A DNA stretch of 62,928 nucleotides, the filler included, from Octopus bimaculoides (lineage: Eukaryota): the NCBI RefSeq assembly GCF_001194135.2. It is 7 parts of 6 records of this genome, joined end to end, with 100 filler letters (N's around TTAATTAATTAA, not from the genome) between each part and the next. Parts side by side here need not be neighbours in the genome. Positions count along the whole stretch, not along the records: positions 1 to 20,934 come from NC_068992.1; positions 21,035 to 41,536 come from NC_068989.1; 5 more parts are not named here. One strand, written 5' to 3'. This document shows, piece after piece, positions 12,521-25,644 of this stretch. The notes below the pieces were generated by a model, which was not told the DNA's origin, made no database searches, and was given only the letters and a program-made list of their open reading frames with translations. Position 1 is the stretch's first letter. The number at the start of each line of letters is the position of its first letter. Both the position numbers and the translations under genes were made by a program.

Positions 12521-15500
12521 TTATACATCACTGTCGGACGAAGTTAAAAAGAAAATCAGACAAGTAAAATATGACATAGAAAAAAGAAGCAAAATGATAT
12601 TGTTCCCTGGGTGTAGAAATAGCAGTATGCGATTACATAATCAGGATGAATGTGATCAATTTACATTACATTTACTAGTATACGCTTACAGCAGGTAACT
12701 AGATTCAGAACTGTCCAGCTATGATAAAACTCGCAGTAGCTTTAGAAATTGCTACATATAATATGTGCTAAAATCATTCCATACCATTAGTTTTCATCGC
12801 TGCACAAGCACCTCTAAATTAGATCGGGTGTGAAAGTGTTAGTTCGGTATTGTAGTTGCTTGCATCGAACACCTAAAATAGTATGTATCAGTCTTGGTTG
12901 ATGGTGACAATTGTAGAAAGTATATTTCTTGGAAATCTGAAATTGGATTTTGCCGTCACGTAGTGGTCTTCTTGTCCAGTACTGCCTACTAAACTATTGA
13001 CATTTATGAACAAAAATTGTTGTAACAACTGTATGCTTGCGGCAGGGTTAAACAGCAATCATCTGAAAGTTCAGTTCTACTCCAATCCCCGCGGTCAATA
13101 GTTAATGCCACCAGCGGTCAGCATATTGCTGCAATGATTGGAATGCCAATGCAACTAATTATGGTGCAGCCTCAAAAAACCTCTTAAGCTAGCATGGAGA
13201 TGATGATCGCTGCATTAATGTTAACCGATTTCTGAAGCATATCTGACGCGAATTAATAAGTGATATTTAGGTTTAATCAATCTGAATCATTTCCACACAC
13301 GTTACACGAACTGTAAATAATAATAACGGTTCTTTGGATGATTTGTCTAGGTACTTGAGTGCAATTGTCCTGTTCATGTTGAAACAGGTAGTTTCACGCA
13401 GACTACGTGTGGTACGAACAGAGCATTGCATATCCGAATAAAAATAAAAGTGTCCGGGATCTTGCTGAAAAATAGTCTTGCCTGTCTCACACGAAAAACA
13501 ACTCACGCTTCAGACATGATCTGAAGAATAAGTGCAGCAACTGAAAATATCTGTTACGGCTCAGGGTCAGCGAGCAAAATCGAACGACTGTATTTTGGAA
13601 GACCGATTATTTCGGAAATAGTAGCACTACTAAATATGGATTGCTAAGAAGACAAAGGGTCCATTCCGTACGCGTTGGTCAACATCGAAGACTTGTCTAT
13701 TAACATGAAATTCGAATATTGGTGGACAAGCAGCAGGCATCGATTTTTTCTAATCTAAAATACTGTCGAATCATTCAAGGACTATTTAAACAACCCACTA
13801 ATCCACGATTAGCGACACAGTTGAGTTATGGTTTTCTCTAAATCTGCAATAACATTCTGGAATCTGTCGATGGGTTGTGCATAGTTCTGTTGACGGACAA
13901 ATCCATAGGTGTAGATGTCAAGTGCTGACCAAAGATGCTGATGGCCTTCATTCCACACTTTTCGTGAGTCTGGGTGCACCGTTTTGCTGATTTTTGTTTG
14001 GAACATGTTTCTCTTCCAAGGACTAGAATGAAACACTGCACTTTCTTGGGGAATGGTCGATGGAACGTAATACTAACGACAAGAATATCAATGTAGTTGT
14101 CAACAACGTCTTGTAACTTTAGCAGGGTCCTTCAACAAATTTGAAAATACCAAGTGCGATAATATTAGCATTTGAATGTATAGATTATAGTCCATTCTAG
14201 AATATCCTGATCTGAAATTGATTGCTTATTCAGAGGCTCTCTTTCATTATAAAGTATTATAACTTTAGAAAACCAAAGGTTTACTGAAATAGAGATGTAT
14301 ACAACTTCATTGATTAGATGGCAGAGAGTTCCCTGGCGGATTTCAAGATGTTTTTCTGTTAAGCAAGATTTCCACTGCACATATCTCGATTAGGCGCTGA
14401 CGGCTTCAGAATAAATAGTGACAAGTAAGAGAAAATCTGCTTAATTTGAAACTGAAAGCTGTCAAAAGAAGTAATATATTCTTTGGCATCACGTTCCCCG
14501 GAAGTGCACTCAACATATTCAATAATGTGATCCTAGAAAGAGATCGATGAATAACAGAGTTTTGTGGCTAATCACACTCTCACAAGCCTTGATAAAGATA
14601 GTTATCTCCATCAGACATGGGTGCTGGAAGTCTTTTTTCATCACAGCCGATTCTGGTTTACATATATAATCAGGTAGTCATAAAAATAGGCCCCGTCTAG
14701 TGTGTGCCTTTTTGTACCATCCTCATGGTACAAATAAAAAATGATGATGCCGGGTTTATACAGGCAAGTCTGTTTAATCCCTTTATTTACTACTAAATAT
14801 TTTATTTGTTGTCTTTATACAAGATTTCTTCGCTGGTATCGGTTGGGGTGCTTTTGACATTTTTTACAGTAACAAATCCCCAAATTTAGTCAGCATTTCG
14901 TCAAGCCACAAATCCATCTTCTACAAGGTGGTGTCTAACGAGAACTAACTTCTTCAATGGCCTCTAATCTATTGTCCCCATATCAATGACCACATGTATT
15001 TGGGTTCATACATTATAATCACAGTTGGTTGCGGACCTCTGCATATGTTTGCAAGATATTGTAATTTTTCGTGAATCTCAATCCGTGTAAAGGCCGGCGC
15101 ATTTACAAAAACGTAAGCTCATTACATCTAAGAGTTGCTACCTTAACTTAATGTCATATGATCTGAATGAAGTTTTAACTTCTGTTCCTTGAGAATCTCG
15201 TCCAATATTTAGTTAATATTTAGTCTAGGATGGATTGTAATCAGTATTTTTCTCAAGCAGAATCAGAAATGCAGCAGAACTGATCCATCGGAAATCATTG
15301 GAATATCAGCAACTTTTATCGGTAATATTTTGAATTATTTGTCACGCTTTATCAAGAACATTTTACGTACACATACGTGTTTTCCAAACATGACAGCTTT
15401 TATCAGTCTGTTTATTAGCCATTAATAATTATTTTTACCTTGCCGGGCATGTTTATGTGCAGTCCATGTTTGTTCATAATTCAATAACATCTGCTCGGTA

Positions 15501-17199
15501 GTGTTTTAAAACGTGTGAACCTCCTTTGAAAGCAGTTTATTTTTTCCTGTTGTTTTTCGTAGCTTTTACTGCATGTTCTGTACTAATTTTATTAGAAGCA
15601 TAATGTCTTTTTAATGTTTTAATCTCGTTGCAGCAACGCCACAAAAAATCTAAGAGTATATATTTGCCAAACCAATTAATGGAATTTAATAACATGATAA
15701 AATTTCCAGAAAAATGCTTATTTGTCACTTTATTCGAGGAAGTTTAAATGCTAGGTGCTCTTGAAAAACTCTTGAACTAACTGAATAATTACTTTAATAC
15801 TTCAGGCATATATATGTTCCTGTCTTAATCTGAGAATATAACGCAAAAAGAATGTTGTTTGTAATTTAAGAAATCATTTAGTTCTATACAGAAATTATTG
15901 TTTTAATTGCTCAATTGCTAAACTTAAATATATAATGATTACTGTATATAAAAATAGACATTGACCTACACCTACAGACAACATTTACTCTTCAGTAACC
16001 CCAGGAAATACACGGTATTTGAAAATTTGATACTTAAATCCAGAAGCATGTAAATACTTGGTAATTTTGAAATGTATTATGCAAAACTCATTGGAAAAAA
16101 TAATACATTAAATTTTGTTATTAAATTAAAATGCATTCGAACATGATTGAGTTTTGATGAGGAAAAATGAATAAATATATAAATTCAATATAGAAACAAT
16201 AATGTAATGAATTTAAATACAAGTAAAAACTGTTGCTGTTTGATGCTAGTAATATAAAAATTGTTACGAAAATAGAAACATATTTAAAATTATATAAATG
16301 CAAATCATTCGCAGAACGTCAAGAAAATATTGAATCAATTAAAATATAAAGTGTTTAACAGCATTGAGATGTGAATTAATTTTATGAATTTATTTGTGTG
16401 TCATTGCTAATGGATTGTTCAGCGACGCATGTCGATATTTCTCAAGTTTAGTCAGGCATGTCACATCTGAAAATATCAACATCTTTGAATAAAGTAATTA
16501 TAGTAATTACTATTTCTTTCTTACAAACGTTGCTTTGATATTATTATTATAAACGATTTTTGAATTCCATTCAATGATAAATTGCACACATTCATACGCA
16601 TATATCCATGCATATTTATATGTATAGAAATGTAAATTTATTATTTTATTATCCAAATTGAAATGTCACCATTGTAATGAATGAAATCATTACAGACAAT
16701 AAATTTCCGATCACGAAAAATATAAAATATAAAATATAAAGAAATGTAAATGAAATGGAACTGCTACAAGAAACATACGGGAAAAGTAATTTTTATAATT
16801 GATAAAAGCTTCCAACATTTTATAAAAAAAAAATCGACATGAATATAAAAATAGAGAAACTGCAAAAAAATCATTCTTAACAGTGTTGGTTCTATTAAAG
16901 TTATTTCCAATCAAAATATTAAATCTGACATTCACCTATATTAGAGACAACTTTATATCAGATAGTATTTTGTAACAGAATGCCTGTAGGAGACCAAAAT
17001 TTAAGAAAGATATTTTTAGCAAGCCGGAAATATAAACCGGAGCATAAAAAGCATAAAATACGTTACAATATTGAGATACTAACTAGAACACAGTATATGC
17101 TTTGAAATAATTCTCTGTTCAACGGAGCTGAGAAGCGCTTTAATATTAATTTACTTTTGATTCTCAACCTTCATTGAGAACATAAAAAATAGCTGAAGT

Positions 17200-17640
17200 A
17201 CTGTCAAATCACTCACTGCGATAGACTATTACCGGGAATATATATATTTCAGCATGACCAGTAGCAATCGATATATCTTTTATGAAATATAGTTGTATTT
17301 GGAGCACCTCTCAAAAAACATTGTGTATATAGGGATTAGGAAAAATTGGAATAGACTAAATGTTATTGAAATTAAAATCACCTAAAATTAACTGATTAAG
17401 GAAGAACATAGCTTTTAAAATTATTACGACCACAACTGGAATTATGTTTGATATATGAACACATCCTGTAAATAAGTAATATTTCCATATTCAATTGAAA
17501 TATTGGAACACTGTGAATACATACATTCCATTGATGAAAGGAATATTTCTTTCAGCCTGATATTCCATTTCTATAAGTGATAAGACTTATATATATTCAG
17601 CAATATAAGCAGTGCCCATTGATATACTCACTAGTAAGGG
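17200..17640 (-). mobile_element. Probable decayed LINE apurinic-endonuclease fragment
   Basis: The minus strand at about 17350-17400 reads QLILGDFNFNN. GDFN is the APE-domain motif of non-LTR retrotransposons; the rest is heavily degenerate. Confidence 0.4.
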
Positions 17641-17904
17641 GCGGTTACATGGCTCCATGCAATCGAAGAGCAATAGTCAGATGAAATGTTACCGTCTTTA
17701 ATTATCAAAACGGAGTCATGTATGTATGTATGTATGACTTTCCTTTGAGTTTTATTCAAGTTCTTGACGCTGATAAAGCGAGAAGACGTTTCGATTTAAG
17801 TGAGTTCCTGATGTTTTTAAGCATGTAGTTGAAATGGTGTTTTGGCTGAACTGTCGATGCACTCATTCACGTGGGTGCATCTATTCACATAAGAAAGTCA
17901 GATG

Positions 17905-19230
17905 GGAAATTTTTAGTATTTTTTACAAATCTTCACTGTCCTACTAACAGATCCGATTTGGGGAAATCACGTCAGATTCTTTTCATCTTTCTCCGAGAAA
18001 CTAACACGTTCTAGTGTTTTGTGCAGATTTGTTTGTACATATGATTATAGGCACAAATGAGAATTCATAATCACAGTAAGGTCCGCAGTAATTTGTCATA
18101 GTTGCTCACTATTCGTCATAGATATTCACTTATTCTGGACGTTTGGTTGTACATTCACATTCACAACACAGCTGCCCTTTCCACAGTGTATGATCGTTTT
18201 CTTTGTCGCCTAGAATAATATCGGCTCTGTTATGTTTGCACCGAATTGGTGTCTTTATTGTGGTATTCCACCAATATTTACTATTTTTAAAGGCATGAGT
18301 ACCTGCTGGTTTTGATATGCCTTTGATCCATGCGCATTGTAAATAGTCTTTGCAACTACATCATGGCTCGGAGAAGGTAGTACCTCGTAGGGCTTTTGGG
18401 GCGGCTGTTGATGATGTGGGTGATATTTTCGATACTGGTTTAGCAGAGCCGACATTTTGTATCACTCTCTGAATGTTTCGCGGTATCTTTGTCTCTCTTG
18501 GTTATCAGGTAAATAGTAGCTATTTCCTGTTCCTGGATAGCGAAGATATATTCTTCTAGGTGAGATACAACGTACATATCGCAGGTCCATGGGAAGTTAC
18601 TTTTCTTGTCAATGCTGCTGTTTCCCTCTTGCTTACGGGATATGCGCCCATACATTGCATTTTGGTAACACGACGCCTTCTCCTCCTCCTCCAAGCTTCT
18701 GTTTAGATTGACAAAACTAGCCTTCTTTGGGTCACATGAGACAGTTGTATTCTCAGAGTATATGAACAGAATATCTGATCCAACTCTGAAGATGTTGCTC
18801 TCTATTTTGAGCATACATGGAATGTACTTATTTCTTTATTTACCCTCCAGAAGTTGTCTGAGTGACATAATACAACATTCAAAGGCTGCTTGGACTGACC
18901 TTATGCCTCTACCATCATTACTTCGTCCCCTACCAGTATTGGTGTTAATGCGGAAGTGCTTACACTTGACAGATATTTTGATGGGACTAATCCAACACTG
19001 TTACTTGTGCTGACATTTTTGTACATATTCAATAAGAAGGGAATTTTCTCTATTCATTCCTAGATAGTATTTTTTCCGTCTGGCATTGCATATTGTATTT
19101 GCGACAATATCGTGTCGCATTGGAAGGTTGTAACTTGCCAATTTTCACAGCTACTAATCAAATGTGTGATTTCTTCCACAGAAATATGACTTAATCTACT
19201 ATTGTAGTTGCATCACGAAACTCCAACGGC
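17905..19230 (-). mobile_element. R4/Dong-like (R2 superfamily, REL endonuclease) LINE remnant, 3' part
   Basis: Minus-strand peptides across frameshifts: DTKCRLC (zinc-knuckle start), HDVVAKTIY, KYWWNTTIKTPIRCKHNRADIILGDKEN (PD-(D/E)xK endonuclease region), then SFVPIII and SVSRTVKICKK-like terminal motifs. Confidence 0.8.
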
Positions 19231-19504
19231 TTCACTGTCTCCTTTTCTTGATTAGGTATTTAGTAGTATTCTCCTGTCCTTGGATTTCAAATGTATATCC
19301 TTCGAAGTGTGAAATGATGTAACTGAGACGAGCCCAGGAGCATCTTTGCTTCATGTCTCCGGGAATGTATGTAAGTACGTATGCATGAATGCACACACAC
19401 ACATACACACAGACACAAACACACACACACACACATACACACACATACACACACACACACACACACGACACGCGCGCACGCACACACACACACACACACG
19501 TATA

Positions 19505-19915
19505 TATGAGGCGCGTGACCTAGTGGTTAGGGTACGATCGCGATATCGTGGTTTCACTTCTTAGACCGTGTGGTGCGTTGTGTTCTTGCACTTCCGCGAT
19601 AAACAGCAATACTGATACGAGACGAAGTAATGATGGTAGAGGCATAAGGTCAGTCGAAACAGCCTTTGGATGCTGCATTGTGTCACTCAGACAACTCCTG
19701 GAGGGTAAATAAAGAAATAGGTACATTCCATGTGCGTTTTGTTCTTCATCTCAAGTCGCTTTGCAATCATTTTGACAACTCACGCGTGGTACACATTGCA
19801 CCTATTCAGGCAATGGCGATTTGATGGAAAGAGCGAGATAATGTGCGGCACGAACATTTGATCACAATAAACAATACATTTGTTTAGGTTGTACGGCACA
19901 AACCGAATCTCTCAT
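19505..19915 (+). mobile_element. tRNA-derived SINE interrupted by an inverted copy of the adjacent LINE
   Basis: Head GAGGCGCGTGACCTAGTGGTTAGGG...GCGTTGTGTTCTTG; 19588-19732 is the reverse complement of 18816-18959. Confidence 0.7.
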
Positions 19916-20934
19916 TTGTCGTATATATATATATATATATNNNNNNNNNNNNNNNNNNNNNNNNNNNNNNNNNNNNNNNNNNNNNNNNNNNNNNNNNNNN
20001 NNNNNNNNNNNNNNNNNNNNNNNNNNNNNNNNNNNNNNNNNNNNNNNNNNNNNNNNNNNNNNNNNNNNNNNNNNNNNNNNNNNNNNNNNNNNNNNNNNNN
20101 NNNNNNNNNNNNNNNNNNNNNNNNNNNNNNNNNNNNNNNNNNNNNNNNNNNNNNNNNNNNNNNNNNTATATATAGACTAAATAGATAGTTTAGATGCCTC
20201 TATAAACACTCACATATATATTATTTTGATAGATTTTAATGTGTAATTAAATTTGAATTTCATGATTAATTTTTGAGAATATCTTAAATTCATGTATTTT
20301 GTAATATTATAATTTAAAATATCCTTTGTTATCTTGATTACATATCCTTTATGGGGCTCTTCAAGTTGTTTTTATAAAAAATATTTTTGATAAATCATAA
20401 TCAATTTAACATTGTGCTTGGACTTTTAAAACAAAATTGAGTCAATTTACTTCCTCTAGATATCCTCTTATTTATGAATGTGCCAGATCTACCTCCCCTT
20501 GACCATCAATATGAGATATATGTCACCAATTTTTGAATATATAATATCTTCTCTTTCATGATATAACTATATTTGTATAGTATTGTTTGTTCATAAATAT
20601 CTATTGTATTATTCGATATTATTTAGTCTTCTGGCTTACTACTTTATATCATATTAATTACTTAATTTGTCAATCATAATTTTTTATGTGGATTATTTGC
20701 GATGAGACCGGTTTTTTTTTTGTTTACGTTTTTTACACTAACGTATTAATCAATTAATCTGAGTAATTTTCCTCTGGATATTATATTTAAACTTCATCAC
20801 TTAGGTAATTAACTTAATTTTTTTGTAACTTGTTAACTATAATTTGAATGTATTCTAATGTAGTTCAGTTTTACTCATTTTTTAGATATTTCTGATAGCA
20901 GTAATTTAAAACCTACATAGAATTTTATTTTATA

Positions 20935-21034
20935 NNNNNNNNNNNNNNNNNNNNNNNNNNNNNNNNNNNNNNNNNNNNTTAATTAATTAANNNNNNNNNN
21001 NNNNNNNNNNNNNNNNNNNNNNNNNNNNNNNNNN
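20935..21034. other. Synthetic scaffold-join spacer N44-TTAATTAATTAA-N44 (also 41537-41636, 44873-44972, 48344-48443, 57693-57792, 61348-61447)
   Basis: The identical 100-bp layout occurs six times, and the 12-mer gives stop codons in all six frames. Confidence 0.95.
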
Positions 21035-21062
<28 letters not shown>

Positions 21063-21070
<8 letters not shown>

Positions 21071-21255
21071 AGAATTCATGAAAAAACAACTGATGAAGAC
21101 AGGTGGTGTAGACAACAAATAGATGTATTAGTATAATGCTCGGGAATAGAGAAAGTCTTTAACGTTTCAAGCCTATGCTCTTCAACTGAAAGGAACACAG
21201 AAACAAAGAAAGAGAGAAAAAAATGTGTGTAGTGGTCAGCGATCTATCATGGCGA
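21063..21255. repeat. Dispersed repeat adjoining (TA)n, probably a Penelope-like terminal repeat
   Basis: The minus strand contains TTGAAGAGCATAGGCTTGAAACGTT, a degenerate form of the CTGAAGAG..CTCGAAAC motif typical of Penelope-like pLTRs. Confidence 0.4.
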
Positions 21256-21285
21256 ATATGTATATATAGATATGTACATATATAT

Positions 21286-21450
21286 ACAATGGGCTTCTTT
21301 CATTTTCTGTCTATGAAACCCACTCATAACGCTTTAATCTACCCAAGGCTATTGTAGAAGAAATTTGTCTGAGGTGCTGCACAATGGGACTGAAGCCAGA
21401 GCCATGTAGTTGGGAAGCTGGCTTCTTACAACATTGTTACATCTGTGCCT
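21286..21450 (-). mobile_element. SINE family B, 5' half, decayed
   Basis: Reverse complement of the family B head (GGGCTTCTTTCA..TTTCTGTCTA..CCAAGGCTATTGTAGAAGA). Confidence 0.7.
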
Positions 21451-21589
21451 ATTGAGAATTTCTTAATTCTTTCACAAGACACATGAAGCTAAATAAAATT
21501 TCTGTCATCCATACATACATGTTTGTCCTTAAAAGGTGTTGGTGCCACATAAAATACATCCATACCAGTATTTCATAAATGTACACATG

Positions 21590-21780
21590 TCAGTGGCACA
21601 TAAAAAGTACCCAGCACACTCTGTAAAGTGGTTGGCATTAGGAAGGGCACCCAGCCATTGCGACCAGGCCACAACAGACAATTGGAGTTTGAATTGGTTC
21701 TGGCTGGCCAGCTCCTGTGAAACCATCCAACCCATGCCAACAAGGAAAACAGATGTTAGACAATGATGATGATGATTATT
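21590..21780 (+). mobile_element. RTE-type retroposon 3' tail
   Basis: GTGGCACATAAAAAGTACCC..GGTTGGCATTAGGAAGGGCACCCAGCC..AACCATCCAACCCATGCCA..(GAT)n tail; the same tail ends the RTE LINE at 27745-28975. Confidence 0.75.
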
Positions 21781-22261
21781 ATTATTTCCTCAGAGCAAGG
21801 ATTAAATATTCTTAGTGGTGAATATGAATGAAAACCATATTTACAGGAGATATGAAAAAGTATTGTAGAAGCAGAAAAATATCAGTTCAATGTTTTGGAG
21901 GATAATTAATATAATTACAGGAATGGCCATGAAATTTAATTATGCCATCAAAGGGTTAAGTAGCAGTAATAAGACAACAAAAACTGATAAATTTGTGTGT
22001 TTAAGTATTGGGAAAATGGCTGCAAAACTGTCTTTACACTAAATAGTTGTTGGTGTTGTTTTAATTCACAACCTTACCAAAATAATCCCAAGCAAGCATA
22101 AGGCATATTTAAATGAAGGTACAAGACCTAGTGATTAGGGTGTTTGGTTCATGATCATAAGATCCTTAGAGTCATTTTATCATTTTGGGCTCAATAAGTA
22201 CCTGTCAAGTACTGGGATCAAAGTAATCAACTTGTCTCCTCCTGTTATTATTAATATTGAT

Positions 22262-22733
22262 ATTAATATTATTATTATTATTGAGTGAGAGAGCAGCACA
22301 TGCCATCAAAGTGACACTGGGATACAAATATATGAAGACTGATATCCCCATCATGACAACTCATCTGATAAGGGTACAACCATAAGTGCACAACATGGTA
22401 ATCTCATATCAAGATAAACAACACATGACCTTGCAGATGGGACCCACTCAGAAGTTTTTCAGGTTGAGTAGCCTCTCCTGCTCAAAATGTCCCTGAATAA
22501 GGGTTGTTTAAGGATGTTGAACAAAACACCCTGATTCCAGAAGGGAACTATTCAAACCCCAAAGAATTCCTCTCAACACATGGCTATGATGCTCCCCCAC
22601 TACTTCTGCTCGTGATCAGAGATGCACATATCGTCAGCTACCAAGGGACATGCTCAACTGGTTATGGTTAAACAACTGACAATCAGATCTGTGGTATTGA
22701 GCTGAATATTTGCTGTAACCCAGCTTTTATACC

Positions 22734-22735
<2 letters not shown>
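22262..22735 (-). repeat. Unclassified ~470-bp interspersed-repeat-like segment between (TAT)n arrays
   Basis: Higher-complexity block bounded by microsatellite tails; no second full copy in the window, so the class cannot be assigned. Confidence 0.35.
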
Positions 22736-22770
<35 letters not shown>

Positions 22771-22771
22771 G

Positions 22772-22985
22772 TTCAGTAGTTTTATTTTTATAACATGCTT
22801 TCACTTCACTACCGAGCGCAGCTCTGTGCGCCTTGGGTATGTGCTGTGGTTTGCTGTGGTGCTCTTATGGTAACTGTATTGAAAGTGTTTTGCGTAGGAT
22901 GTGTGCAGTGCCCAGTAGTGTAATTTTCTGTATGTTATATATATTTGTAAGTCCTGGTGTTTTTGTTATGTATTTGTCTGAATAT
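22772..22985 (-). mobile_element. R4/Dong-like LINE extreme 3' end
   Basis: The minus strand encodes NIYNIQKITLLGTAHILRKTLSIQ, matching LQKTVLLGTARILRKVLGI at 39900-39963. It is followed by a 3' UTR and an (AAT)n tail. Confidence 0.8.
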
Positions 22986-23057
22986 TTTTTTATTATATCT
23001 AAGATCATTATTATTATTATTATTATTATTATCATTATTATTATTATTATTATCTTC

Positions 23058-23425
23058 TTTTTACTTGCTTCGGCCATTGGACTGCAGCCATGCTGGGGCA
23101 CCATGTCAAGCGATTTAGTCAAACAAATCAACAGCAATACTTTTTTCTTTTTAAATCTGGTACTTATTCTATCAGACTCTTTTGCCAAACAGCTAATCTA
23201 TGGGGATGTAAGCAAACCAACACCAGTTGTCAAACAATGAGATAAGAACAAGCACAAAGACATACTCACACACATGTGTGCAAAAAAATGGGCTTCCACA
23301 CAGTTTCTGTCTACCAGAGTCACTCACAAAGCATTGGTTGACCCAGGCTTGTAGTAGTAGACACTAGCCCAAGATACTGCACAATGGGGCTGAATCCAAA
23401 ACCGTGTGGTTGTTATGTGCCTGCA
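23058..23425 (-). mobile_element. SINE family B
   Basis: Full head-to-tail match to family B on the minus strand. Confidence 0.85.
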
Positions 23426-23879
23426 CATATAGATAATGTTACTATTATAGATTACTGTGTTTTGTTTCTCAGCACCATCATTTAGTTAGTGTATTAAGCT
23501 AGCATTACTAAAAATAAAACATTTCTTAGCTAAGAAATAAACAGTACCTCATTTGGAGCGTAAACAAAAATGTGTTTATTATTTTGAAAGTTTTCCAAAG
23601 TGTAATTTGTAATTAATGAATAGAGATCTGTGTTTGTCTTGAAGAAAGTTAAATATATATTGCTACATGTAATGACATAGCAGTTAAGATAAATTTTGGA
23701 AAGATATTATCATTTCAATTCATCATGTCAAAAGCCAAGTTATTTTTGTAAATTATTGTACATCTACATTATTGTTGGTTTCATTCTAATTGATGCTACT
23801 TTAGTTAGTGATTAACAAATATCATCATCATCATCGTTGTCATTGTTGTTGTGGTTGCTCTTGTTGACATCATGATCAT

Positions 23880-24160
23880 GATCATGATGATCATCATCAT
23901 TTGAAATCTGCTTTTCATGCTGACATAAGCTGGACATTTTGCCAGGAGCTTGCAAACCAGAAGACTGTGCTAAACACCAATCTGCTTTGGCATGATTTCT
24001 ATAACTGGATGCCCTTCCTAATGCCAGACAATTTACCAAGTGTACTGAGTGCTTTTTATGTGGCACCAGCACCAGTGAGGTCATTAAATAACTTGCAAGA
24101 CAAGCCCCCTCAACTGAAGCAGGACTAGAATTGATGAAGGTGACTTTGTGCTAGGTCACA
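23880..24160 (-). mobile_element. RTE-type retroposon 3' tail
   Basis: CTGGATGCCCTTCCTAATGCCA..GAGTGCTTTTTATGTGGCACC is the reverse complement of the RTE tail, preceded by (CAT)n. Confidence 0.75.
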
Positions 24161-24829
24161 AGAGCTTAGAATATAGTTGGGAGATAGAAACAGATGTCTT
24201 GTAGCAGAGGAGACACATGGCTATACAAGTGGAAAAAGAGAGGAGAGGTGAGAAAGACAATGGTGAAAATATATGTCAGGGTATACCCTCGGTTACAGGA
24301 AGGGGTATGTAAATGTAGTGGTACAGAGAATTAGATAGGATGAGTAGGCAGGTAAAGTTTACAAAATGGTGAACTAGAAGAGATTTTAGTGTTGAAATCA
24401 GTTATCACCAAGTCAAAATTGCTTTTTATCCTTTTGGTTTCTATAAAAATGTATCAACCTATGGTGGTTGATTGTCAGAATTGCTAAGGTGTCAGAGAAC
24501 AACCTTCCAGATCATTGCATTTGAAATCAAATTCCACTTAGATACCTAGAAAGCATCCACAGACCTCATGTGACAAGTATGCCTAAAACTAGGAGAGTTG
24601 ACAACAGAAAGGGTATCAGGTTGTTAAAAATCCACCTCAACAAATTTTGTTTGAGCCATGCAATCATGGACAAAGAGAGCAGTAGATAATGATGATGATG
24701 ATGATGATTATATACATATATGCATACACGAAGGCTCAGAATCTAATTTTAAGAATAGACAAATATCTAAAATAAAACTTCTCTTGCAACTCCCAAAATT
24801 TGATTCGTCAGAACATGCTCTGAATGCTT

Positions 24830-25085
24830 GAAAAACTATATTGGACAGACTGAACTTTCACTATGTAGAAGAATGACAGTATATAAATAATGGATTAATA
24901 ATGAAAAATCAGGAAAATCCTATCAAGTGGACATATAATAATATGTACTGGAATGGAACTGCTAAATTTTAATACATTTCCATTCTACAAATCCTAAAAT
25001 TCAATCATAGAAGAATAATGGATAAACAAAGAAAACCAATTTGCTATGAAATATCACCCCAGCTTGAACAGTTTATAAATAATTT
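24830..25085 (+). mobile_element. Penelope-like element GIY-YIG endonuclease C-terminal remnant
   Basis: Reads NYIGQTELSLCRRMTVYK, then after a frameshift LSSGHIIICTG..FNTFPFYK..NKENQFAMKYHPSLN, the typical end of PLE GIY-YIG domains; contains stops and frameshifts. Confidence 0.6.
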
Positions 25086-25644
25086 TTATGAAAGATGATA
25101 TAAAGAACACAACACATACATTTCAGCATACAATAGTGTACATTTCGAATAAACATACACAGGAATGCACACGCCTGTTCACATACTGGCTGGATATGTA
25201 CAACATCTTATTAACTTACATATATGTATTGATAGATGGGTGGGCGCCTGTATATCATTGTAAATAGAAGGTATTGTATGTATGTGTATCTCTGTATGTC
25301 TTATATGAACTATTAAATCTTTTTACTTATCTGCACACCATCTTTTTCAATCTTGTGTTAGATGACTACATTAATGATGTAAATTCTTTATTAAATGATT
25401 CTTGCCTACTAATCTGATACTTTCATTTTTCATCTAACTACAATACTTTGACTTCACTATTAATTCACTTTACTGTATCTGTTTGTTGGTATCCCTTTGG
25501 CAATACTACTTAAAAGCCACTTTTCTCAATTTCTTTTCAAAAAATTCTCTTGCAGAAGTGAAAACAGGTTGCAAAGTGATGTAAATATATTTAATATATT
25601 TAAATGAAATAACATCTGTTACCTGTCTTCTAATTTATCTAAAG

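Noticed and set aside
14590-14640. SDGDNY as a viral RdRp GDN motif, and nearby similarity to very large GTPases
   Set aside because: No flanking polymerase motifs A or B and no P-loop at the expected distance; the similarity is too weak to assign.
20221-20934. AT-rich block with a possible LINE endonuclease N-terminal trace on the minus strand
   Set aside because: Only a vague GG..G..FINKRI resemblance, with too many stops to support a call.
20979-20990. TTAATTAATTAA motif recurring six times
   Set aside because: It is always centred in exactly 44+44 Ns, so it is a synthetic six-frame-stop scaffold spacer and not a biological motif. Adjacency across these joins is not sequence-proven.
21140-21195. 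Second hammerhead-like core on the minus strand (TTGAAGAG CATAGG CTT GAAAC GTT)
   Set aside because: C3 is mutated, the stem II closing pair is weakened, and no stem I pairing lies adjacent to the core; a relic at best.
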